Part shown: one piece after another, positions 1 to 5,966 of the stretch
Numbering within the stretch: the stretch's first letter is position 1
How the letters are laid out: every line of letters starts with the position of its first letter
Notes under the pieces: generated by a model
Databases searched by the model: none
The model's input: the letters and a program-made list of their open reading frames with translations, nothing else
Told to the model about the DNA's origin: nothing
Position numbers and translations under genes: made by a program
IMG/VR virus record: IMGVR_UViG_2737471821_000005
Direction: 5' to 3' (one strand)
DNA: 6,671 nucleotides
DNA from: a virus
Taxonomy: Duplodnaviria; Heunggongvirae; Uroviricota; Caudoviricetes

Positions 1-1053
1 TTACGGGGTAATGCCAACCGCTGCCGCCACTTTGTCGCCACTTGGCAGCGTTGCCAGAGGATTGAAACGGAGCGCCGTTTCCAGATGATCCGGTGCCAGA
101 TGAGCGTAACGCATAGTCATTTTTATATCGTGATGTCCGAGGATTTTTTGCAAAGCAAGGATATTTCCACCCGACATCATGAAATGCGCCGCAAACGTAT
201 GGCGCAGAACGTGTGTCAGTTGACCGCGAGGGAGCACGATTGACGTTTTTTCCATCACGGATAAAAATTGAAAATAGCAGTCTGTGAAGAAATTGAACCC
301 ATCAAGCGCCATGATCTCTTCATAAAGCTCTTTACTGATAGGGATGCTTCTGTTTTTCTTCCCCTTCGTTCTTACAAAGGTAATTCGGTATTTAGTCACC
401 TGTGATCGGGTAAGGTTTATTGCTTCTCGCCAGCGTGCGCCTGTGCTTAAGCATATCTTGACTACCAGTGCCAGAATTGGGTCCTGACGTTTGCAATCAG
501 CCAGCAGTTCAACAATCTGCTCATGGGTAAGCCATGCCATCTCTTTTTCTGCGATGGTGAATTTTCGCATGTTCTCCAGTGGGTTTGGATACGACCATTC
601 GCCCAGGCGGGATAGTTCGCTAAAAACACTACTTAGATAGCTTTGCTCCAGGTTAATGGTGACCGGGCTTGCTCCTTTCTTCCATTTCTCGCTGAAGTAG
701 ATCTCACCTGTCAGGCGTTTATCTCGATAGTGGGCAAACATTTTAGAGGTGAGATCGGTTGCAAGGGGATTGCCCAGAGCGTCAACCATCAACAGCAATT
801 TATCATAGACATGCTGCCCAGCGGTTAGAGATTTACCATGTAGTTTGAACCATAGCTCAACCACGTCTTTCAGTGTTCGACGATCCACTGATTCTCCCAG
901 CCAGGGCTTTGCTTCGGTTTCTTCCATCGTATGGCGCTCAAAAGCCAGAGCTTCGCCTTTGGTGGCGAATTGTTTACGCACACGACGCCCACTACGTCCG
1001 GCGGGGTAACATTCGCAAAGCCATTTTCCTGTGGTGAGTTTTCGTACTGCCAT
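1..1053 (-). CDS. int: Tyrosine-type site-specific integrase, P2/186 family
   Basis: 350-aa ORF from ATG at 1053-1051 to TAA at 3-1. A GGAGGG ribosome-binding site lies about 9 nt upstream on the minus strand. The translation has the C-terminal catalytic region typical of tyrosine recombinases (LSTGARWREA, HVLRHTFAAHFMMSGG, MRYAHLAPDHL with the terminal Tyr) and an N-terminus recalled as similar to P2/186 integrases. The track ORF begins 26 codons further upstream, but that extension has no ribosome-binding site. Confidence 0.9.
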   Translation of the reverse strand: MAVRKLTTGKWLCECYPAGRSGRRVRKQFATKGEALAFERHTMEETEAKPWLGESVDRRTLKDVVELWFKLHGKSLTAGQHVYDKLLLMVDALGNPLATDLTSKMFAHYRDKRLTGEIYFSEKWKKGASPVTINLEQSYLSSVFSELSRLGEWSYPNPLENMRKFTIAEKEMAWLTHEQIVELLADCKRQDPILALVVKICLSTGARWREAINLTRSQVTKYRITFVRTKGKKNRSIPISKELYEEIMALDGFNFFTDCYFQFLSVMEKTSIVLPRGQLTHVLRHTFAAHFMMSGGNILALQKILGHHDIKMTMRYAHLAPDHLETALRFNPLATLPSGDKVAAAVGITP

Positions 1054-1239
1054 AAAAAATGCCCTCCAATAGAGAGCATTTTTACTGTATATATAACCAG
1101 TGTCAATGTATGAAATCCTGCGACCATACATCTCACTGAAGCCATAATGAAGTTGGCTATTTTTTGCTATGTGAGTATGTGACTTTTGCGGTTAGCCTGC
1201 GGCTCATTGTTATATTAGGCGCAGATATAAAAGCAAAAT

Positions 1240-1431
1240 TTATCGCGAGTTTTTAGTACAGATTTTTTTTGATTTACTAATAGTTCCATCATTGCAAACG
1301 AACTTTCCATCGGAGGTACAGTGAGAGACACCTCCCTTTTTCCCAGAACAAGGATAATTTTTAGCATAGGTAGTTAGTGGGTTTAATAACAAAGAGCATG
1401 ATAAAACCACAAAAAATACCTTACCAAGCAT
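1240..1431 (-). CDS. Small secreted cysteine-rich cationic protein (hypothetical; 63-aa precursor)
   Basis: ATG at 1431-1429 preceded by GGAGG about 5 nt upstream; it starts 15 bp after the cI stop codon on the same strand. The N-terminus looks like a Sec signal peptide (MLGK + [12 protein letters not shown] + NPLTTYA) with a likely cleavage after TYA. The predicted mature ~40-aa peptide has 4 Cys and a net charge of about +7. No family recognised. Confidence 0.5.
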   Translation of the reverse strand: MLGKVFFVVLSCSLLLNPLTTYAKNYPCSGKKGGVSHCTSDGKFVCNDGTISKSKKICTKNSR

Positions 1432-1446
1432 AGTTTCCTCCCGGTA

Positions 1447-2016
1447 TTACCTAACGTACTTAATTGTTAAACTTATAATTTTCCCAATTATTTCAACATC
1501 TTCTATCTTGCACTCGAAGGCTCTGCTTCCACCTTCAACGAAGATTCTTCCACCGGGTAAACGAGTAATATCGCGGATTGTTATTTCGCCATCAATACTT
1601 ATTACCCATTTACCGTCACGTATATCATCAAATTCTTTATCACAAATAAATTCAGAATTGTTATCTGTGATGACAAAAGGTTTTTTAAACGTAGAGGGTA
1701 GAAATCCCTTATCAAAAATATAAAAACCGTCTTCACGCAAGGCACCATCAGATAATACATATTTAGCAACTTCCATAGTATTTGTATTACCTGAAGTTTG
1801 CTTTGAACCATGTCCGGTTGTGAGCCAATTAAGCGAGGTGCCCGTTTCAAGGGCGCACTGGATTACCCATTCTGCTGGGAATGAGTCACGCATGTAGCGT
1901 GTGGCGAGTGTACTTTTAGAGATTCCTAAATGATCGCACAACGCCTGTCGAGTTTTGAATCCATAAGCTTCTACCATGCGCTCTATAGCGCCTCGTCCGC
2001 CTTTCTCCAAATTCAT
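1447..2016 (-). CDS. cI: 186-type CI immunity repressor
   Basis: The N-terminal segment AIERMVEAYGFKTRQALCDHLGISKSTLATRYMRDSFPAEWVIQCALETGTSLNWLTTG matches the phage-186 CI helix-turn-helix domain as recalled (EAYGF...CALETG...WLLTG). Length (~190 aa) and position between int and a divergent apl/cII operon fit. Start chosen at ATG 2016-2014 because GGAG sits 5 nt upstream; the track's GTG at 2022 lies too close to that GGAG. Confidence 0.85.
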   Translation of the reverse strand: MNLEKGGRGAIERMVEAYGFKTRQALCDHLGISKSTLATRYMRDSFPAEWVIQCALETGTSLNWLTTGHGSKQTSGNTNTMEVAKYVLSDGALREDGFYIFDKGFLPSTFKKPFVITDNNSEFICDKEFDDIRDGKWVISIDGEITIRDITRLPGGRIFVEGGSRAFECKIEDVEIIGKIISLTIKYVR

Positions 2017-2040
2017 GGTCACTCCAAGTGAACTTTTATC

Positions 2041-2069
2041 TTGACGATTTCACTGTGCGATCGTATGTT
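2041..2069 (+). promoter_or_regulatory. Candidate rightward sigma70 promoter (pR-like lytic promoter): -35 TTGACG, 17-bp spacer, -10 TATGTT
   Basis: TTGACG at 2041-2046 and TATGTT at 2064-2069 with exactly 17 bp between them, in the cI-apl intergenic region and oriented toward apl/cII. Predicted transcription start near 2076, about 66 nt before the apl ATG. Confidence 0.45.
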
Positions 2070-2096
2070 TATGGTGTTCACAAAATACAAACGATC
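2059..2096. promoter_or_regulatory. Imperfect inverted repeat GATCGTATGT / ACAAACGATC (9 of 10 complementary) bracketing the pR-like -10 and start site; candidate repressor operator
   Basis: Left arm 2059-2068 and right arm 2087-2096, separated by 18 bp. The left arm overlaps the -10 hexamer. Each arm contains a GATC site. Confidence 0.3.
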
Positions 2097-2141
2097 CGTA
2101 TTCGTCCTGATTAATCATCATTAAACGAGGAATGTTGCATC

Positions 2142-2363
2142 ATGAGACCTAACATTTCAATCACTCTTACCACGCCTCATGTGACTATTGAACGCTATAG
2201 CGAGCTGACAGGGCTGTCCATCGATACCATCAATGACATGTTGGCTGACGGACGCCTTATCCGTCACCGTCTGCGCAAAGATAAAAAACGTGAAAAAGTG
2301 ATGATCAACATAGCAGCCATGACCGTTGATGCGCTTTCAGAATGCAATCTAAACCTTAATTAG
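2142..2363 (+). CDS. Apl/Cox-like small DNA-binding regulator and excisionase (hypothetical by position and HTH-like segment)
   Basis: 73-aa ORF, first gene rightward of the switch and divergent from cI. Contains a helix-turn-helix-like segment ([23 protein letters not shown]) and a basic C-terminal stretch. A GAGGA motif lies about 11 nt upstream of the ATG. Confidence 0.6.
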   Translation: MRPNISITLTTPHVTIERYSELTGLSIDTINDMLADGRLIRHRLRKDKKREKVMINIAAMTVDALSECNLNLN

Positions 2364-2395
2364 TTCGATTCTGAAATACATCAGAGGCATTGACC

Positions 2396-2905
2396 ATGTT
2401 TGATTACCAAGTTTCCAAACATCCACATTTTGATGAAGCCTGTCGTGCATTCGCATTGCGCCACAACCTAGTGCAACTGGCAGAACGTGCAGGCATGAAT
2501 GTGCAGATTCTGCGGAACAAGCTGAACCCAGCTCAACCTCATTTATTAACCGCACCAGAAATCTGGTTGCTTACCGATCTGACTGAAGATTCAACGCTGG
2601 TAGATGGCTTTCTGGCACAGATTCACTGCCTGCCATGTGTACCGATTAATGAGGTGGCAAAAGAGAAACTGCCGCATTACGTCATGAGTGCAACTGCAGA
2701 GATAGGGCGTGTCGCGGCAGGTGCGGTTTCTGGCGATGTAAAAACCAGTGCAGGCCGTCGTGATGCGATCAGCAGCATTAACTCTGTTACACGACTGATG
2801 GCGCTGGCTGCTGTTTCATTGCAGGCCCGTTTACAGGCTAATCCTGCGATGGCGAGTGCAGTTGATACCGTGACTGGCCTCGGTGCTTCATTCGGTTTGC
2901 TGTGA
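2396..2905 (+). CDS. cII: CII-like lysogeny-establishment regulator (phage 186 CII family)
   Basis: The translation from ATG 2396 ([24 protein letters not shown]...[26 protein letters not shown]...GASFGLL) closely matches my recollection of 186 CII along its whole length. AGAGG lies 8 nt upstream. The track's TTG start at 2390 adds two codons and is less likely. Confidence 0.8.
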   Translation: MFDYQVSKHPHFDEACRAFALRHNLVQLAERAGMNVQILRNKLNPAQPHLLTAPEIWLLTDLTEDSTLVDGFLAQIHCLPCVPINEVAKEKLPHYVMSATAEIGRVAAGAVSGDVKTSAGRRDAISSINSVTRLMALAAVSLQARLQANPAMASAVDTVTGLGASFGLL

Positions 2906-2912
2906 GGTGCTT

Positions 2913-3113
2913 ATGCTGACGAAAGAACCATCATTTGCATCGCTGCTGGTAAAACAAAGTCCGGCAATGCACTACGGTCACGGCTGGATCATGGGTGAGG
3001 ATGGTAAACGCTGGCATCCGTGCCGTTCACAAGATGAATTGCTGGCAGAACTATCTACGAAAAAACGGGGGAACAAATGGCTATTGAAGGCGCTGCGGCG
3101 ACTGTTCCATTAA
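2913..3113 (+). CDS. Hypothetical small basic early protein (66 aa)
   Basis: ATG at 2913 with GAGGTG just upstream, starting 8 nt after the cII stop. The track ORF begins at a GTG inside cII, which I regard as a spurious extension. No family recognised; occupies the slot that fil holds in 186. Confidence 0.45.
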   Translation: MLTKEPSFASLLVKQSPAMHYGHGWIMGEDGKRWHPCRSQDELLAELSTKKRGNKWLLKALRRLFH

Positions 3114-3418
3114 GACCCGGTGAACGCCTGAATGGACTTAATCATATTGCGGAGTTAAGGGCGAAAGTTTTTGGTTTGAATATTGAGTCAGAGCTTGAGC
3201 GGTTTATTAAAGATATGCGTGATCCTCGGGATATCAATAATGAACAAAATAAACGGGCACTGGCTGCCATATTCTTTATGGCAAAAATTCCAGCTGAACG
3301 TCATAGCATCAGCATTAATGAGCTGACCACTGACGAAAAGCGGGAGTTGATTAAAGCAATGAATCATTTTCGTGCAGTGGTGAGCTTATTTCCCAGACGG
3401 CTAACCATGCCGAATTAA
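3077..3418 (+). CDS. Hypothetical early protein (113 aa)
   Basis: ATG at 3077 preceded by CGGGGGA about 4 nt upstream. It overlaps the 3' end of the previous gene by 37 nt in another frame. No family recognised. Confidence 0.5.
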   Translation: MAIEGAAATVPLRPGERLNGLNHIAELRAKVFGLNIESELERFIKDMRDPRDINNEQNKRALAAIFFMAKIPAERHSISINELTTDEKRELIKAMNHFRAVVSLFPRRLTMPN

Positions 3419-3485
3419 CCAACTAATGAAATTAATGGCGTAAACCCGCCGGGCATCCCTTTATCTAAATTCAGGAGAATTGCTT

Positions 3486-3719
3486 ATGCGTAATATTGAA
3501 ACCCTCACGACCAAAACCGGACCGGATGATGCAGGTCTTAATCTTTTACTGACAGAGGCTCGTCTGGAAGAACGCCGGGCAAGGGCTGAAGCAATGGCTG
3601 CTCGCCTCGATAGCCTGGCGTGTCATATCACCTCCCGCCAGCTAAACCACGTCGAAGCGGCAGAACTGCTGCGTGTGACTGCTGAAGCAATCCAGAACGA
3701 AGCGCAGGAGATCCACTGA
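3486..3719 (+). CDS. Hypothetical small acidic, probably helical protein (77 aa)
   Basis: ATG at 3486 with AGGAGA 7 nt upstream. Its stop overlaps the next start (TGATG). No family recognised with confidence. Confidence 0.55.
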   Translation: MRNIETLTTKTGPDDAGLNLLLTEARLEERRARAEAMAARLDSLACHITSRQLNHVEAAELLRVTAEAIQNEAQEIH

Positions 3720-3946
3720 TGGCTGATGCAATGGATCTCGTACAGCAGCGCGTTGAAGAAGAACGCCAACGCCATATCCGTGCTGCCCGTGCCAAAACGC
3801 CGGGCGTGTCCCGCGTGCTTTGCGTTGAGTGTGAAGCGCCAATTCCGCCAGCACGCCGCCGTGCCATTCCGGGTGTGCAGCTTTGCATTACCTGTCAGGA
3901 AATCGCAGAGCTGAAAGGCAAACATTACAACGGAGGTGCTGTATGA
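3719..3946 (+). CDS. TraR/DksA-family C4-type zinc-finger protein
   Basis: 75-aa protein with two Cys pairs spaced as in TraR/DksA zinc fingers (CVECEAPIPPARRRAIPGVQLCITCQ). Start and stop overlap the neighbouring genes. Confidence 0.75.
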   Translation: MADAMDLVQQRVEEERQRHIRAARAKTPGVSRVLCVECEAPIPPARRRAIPGVQLCITCQEIAELKGKHYNGGAV

Positions 3947-4797
3947 GCACCATCCTGAAATGGGCAGGAAATAAAACCGCCATAATGTCCGAACTGAAAA
4001 AGCATCTTCCTGCTGGCCCGCGACTGGTTGAACCTTTCGCGGGTTCCTGTGCAGTGATGATGGAGACGGATTACCCCAGCTATCTTGTTGCGGATATTAA
4101 TCCTGATTTAATCAACCTCTATAAAAAGGTTGCTGCTGATTGTGAGTCGTTTATATCTCGTGCCAGAGCTTTATTTGAGGAAGCAAACAGGGAGGTGGCT
4201 TATTACAACATAAGGCAGGAGTTTAATTACTCCACTGAAATTACTGATTTCATGAAAGCGGTATATTTCCTGTATCTCAATCGTCACGGTTACCGTGGTT
4301 TATGTCGCTATAACAAGAGCGGGCATTTCAACATTCCCTACGGTAATTATAAAAATCCGTATTTCCCTGAAAAAGAAATTCGCGCATTTGCAGAGAAAGC
4401 CCAGCGGGCAACGTTTATCTGCGCCAGCTTTGATGAAACGCTGGCGATGTTGAAGGTGGGGGATGTGGTGTATTGCGATCCGCCTTATGACGGTACGTTT
4501 TCCGGCTATCACACTGATGGTTTCACTGAAGATGATCAGTATCACCTGGCATCTATTCTTGAACATCGGTCATCAGAAGGACATCCGGTCATTGTTTCTA
4601 ACAGTAACACGTCTTTGACCCGGTCCCTTTATCGTAATTTCACTCACCACTACATCAGGGCGAAACGCAGCATCGGCGTTGCAGCGGGGGAGGGAAAATT
4701 TGCAACAGAGATGATTGCCACTAAATCTGCTAATTGGTTTAGTGCCGATTTTAGTAGGGGACGTGACTCTACTGTTATTTTCGGGGTGCAAGTGTGA
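3943..4797 (+). CDS. dam: Dam-family DNA adenine-N6 methyltransferase (GATC-specific family)
   Basis: 284-aa protein from ATG 3943 with GGAGGTG upstream. It has the N-terminal AdoMet-binding motif (ILKWAGNK...[10 protein letters not shown]), the catalytic DPPY motif (VYCDPPYDG), and [16 protein letters not shown], all in the order I recall for E. coli Dam. The track ORF's 20-codon 5' extension lacks a ribosome-binding site. Confidence 0.9.
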   Translation: MSTILKWAGNKTAIMSELKKHLPAGPRLVEPFAGSCAVMMETDYPSYLVADINPDLINLYKKVAADCESFISRARALFEEANREVAYYNIRQEFNYSTEITDFMKAVYFLYLNRHGYRGLCRYNKSGHFNIPYGNYKNPYFPEKEIRAFAEKAQRATFICASFDETLAMLKVGDVVYCDPPYDGTFSGYHTDGFTEDDQYHLASILEHRSSEGHPVIVSNSNTSLTRSLYRNFTHHYIRAKRSIGVAAGEGKFATEMIATKSANWFSADFSRGRDSTVIFGVQV

Positions 4798-5624
4798 AAG
4801 AAATGCACCACGGAATTCATCATTTCCATGGGACGCCTGTCTGGGGAAGTGCTGGCGACGTTCATCGTATTGCGGTGAGCGGAGCTGGCGCTTTCGTCTC
4901 CTATGTACGACCAGATCAGATTGCGGCGTCCATTCAGCACGCTCAGGTCGTCGGCATTGATAACGGCGCATTTTCTGCATGGGTGCGTGGGCTAAAAATT
5001 AACTGGAGTGATTTTTATAAATGGCTCCTGAACTATTACCACCATCCTAAGGTCGCTTTTTTTGTCATTCCTGATGTTGTGGACGGAGGTGAACGTGACA
5101 ATGATGCCCTGATAAACGAAGTTCCGAAAATGTTCTACGGGAAGGCAACTCCCGTCTGGCATCTGCACGAGTCAATCGAGCGGCTTATCGAGCTATGTCG
5201 TGAATGGCCTCGTGTCTGCTTTGGATCGTCTGGTGAATATGCGGCTATCAGAACTGCGCACTGGCATCGTCGTATGCAGGACGCTTTTGAAGCAATTTAT
5301 TGCCGACACAATTTCAAAACAGCTGTTCATGGTTTGCGCATGCTTGACGGTCGTGTGTTGGGAAATTACCCACTGGCGACTGCCGACAGTACAAATCTTG
5401 CCTGCAATGTCCCCAAATTTAATAGCAAATATCCTGAGCTGACGCGGGCTATTCAGGAGGCTGAGTATTCGCGCAATCTGACGGAAAAGGAGCTGAAAGC
5501 TGTCATTCTGAAAAACCGTTGCGCAATTTTAAAAGGTGCAATTGAAGCTGTTCGCCCACCTTCAGTTTCTGATTGGCTGTCGAATGGTTTGCAGCCTTCA
5601 CAGCTCGAACTGGAGATTGCGTAA
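4794..5624 (+). CDS. TGT-fold protein lacking the zinc subdomain; candidate DpdA-like DNA 7-deazaguanine transglycosylase
   Basis: 276-aa ORF whose GTG start overlaps the dam stop (GTGA), with GGGGTG 5 nt upstream. Motifs appear in TGT order: FHGTPVWG (cf. FMPVGTYG), [10 protein letters not shown] (cf. DSGGFQ, first catalytic Asp), [10 protein letters not shown] (cf. MIFDEC, substrate Asp), CFGSSGEY (cf. GGLAVGE), HGLRMLDG (cf. LMGVG), ATADSTNLA (cf. FDCV, nucleophile Asp). There is no CxCxxC...H zinc cluster. Being a real gene is high confidence; the function is moderate confidence. Confidence 0.55.
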   Translation: MKEMHHGIHHFHGTPVWGSAGDVHRIAVSGAGAFVSYVRPDQIAASIQHAQVVGIDNGAFSAWVRGLKINWSDFYKWLLNYYHHPKVAFFVIPDVVDGGERDNDALINEVPKMFYGKATPVWHLHESIERLIELCREWPRVCFGSSGEYAAIRTAHWHRRMQDAFEAIYCRHNFKTAVHGLRMLDGRVLGNYPLATADSTNLACNVPKFNSKYPELTRAIQEAEYSRNLTEKELKAVILKNRCAILKGAIEAVRPPSVSDWLSNGLQPSQLELEIA

Positions 5625-5914
5625 TGAGCTACAGCTATTCCTGGAATGCTGAGAAAAAAGCAATCAATCCTTACGTAGAGACAGAAGAGCAATCTTCAGT
5701 TTCTGCGCTTTCAAACCTGATCGCTCTGTACGCTGCCGATAACGAGCAGGAACAGCTGCGCCGCGAGGCACTGAGTGATCAGGTCTGGGAGCGTTATTTC
5801 TTTAATGAATCCCGTGATCCTGTCCAGCGCGAAATGGAGCAGGATAAGCTCATTAGTCGGGCAAAGCTGGCGCATGAGCAGCAGCGTTTTAATCCAGATA
5901 TGGTCATTCTGGCG
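5624..5914 (+). pseudogene. 5' portion (97 codons) of a phage early gene interrupted by IS26; possibly the replication initiator by position
   Basis: ATG at 5624 overlaps the previous stop (TAATG). The reading frame runs straight into the IS26 terminal repeat at 5915, and the remaining 70 codons of the track ORF 5573..6076 are translated IS26 sequence. In P2/186-like phages the gene after the TraR-like region is the replication gene A. Confidence 0.5.
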
Positions 5915-5928
5915 GGCACTGTTGCAAA
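5915..5928. repeat. IS26 terminal inverted repeat (the end nearest the transposase stop codon)
   Basis: Exact GGCACTGTTGCAAA at the element boundary. Confidence 0.85.
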
Positions 5929-5966
5929 GTTAGCGATGAGGCAGCCTTTTGTCTTATTCAAAGGCC

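Noticed and set aside
1054-1131. 5' extension of the integrase ORF in the track (extra 26 codons starting MYGRRISY)
   Set aside because: No ribosome-binding site upstream of that start, whereas the internal ATG at 1053 has GGAGGG at proper spacing and gives an N-terminus typical of P2/186 integrases.
643-1145. ORFs 643..828 (+), 870..1145 (-) and 931..1113 (+) overlapping the integrase gene
   Set aside because: They lie within or antisense to a confidently identified integrase, have no ribosome-binding sites I could see, and their translations are low-complexity with no recognisable motifs.
1508-1850. ORFs 1508..1723 (+) and 1602..1850 (-) inside the cI gene
   Set aside because: Alternate-frame or antisense ORFs inside a well-supported repressor gene in an AT-rich stretch; no start signals.
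2349-2555. Minus-strand 68-aa ORF antisense to the cII 5' region
   Set aside because: Overlaps a strongly supported cII gene, has no ribosome-binding site, and its translation is unremarkable.
3419-3485. Possible intrinsic terminator in the gap before the 77-aa gene (around AAACCCGCCGGGCATCCC)
   Set aside because: The GC-rich segment does not form a convincing stem-loop and is not followed by a T-run, so it is more likely just the ribosome-binding region for the next gene.
3623-3946. Cluster of ORFs on the minus strand (100, 86 and 70 aa) and in an alternate plus frame (62 aa)
   Set aside because: This is a GC-rich segment where long open frames arise by chance. They overlap well-supported genes (the 77-aa protein and the TraR-like gene), and their translations are Arg/Ala/Ser-rich, as expected for non-coding frames of GC-rich DNA.
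4300-4980. Minus-strand ORFs 4300..4566, 4573..4980 and 4650..4940, and plus-strand ORF 4715..4960
   Set aside because: Antisense or out of frame with respect to dam and the TGT-like gene, both of which have strong motif or coupling support; no independent start signals.
5200-5692. ORFs 5200..5442 (+) and 5453..5692 (-)
   Set aside because: Alternate-frame and antisense ORFs embedded in the TGT-like gene; no ribosome-binding sites or motifs.
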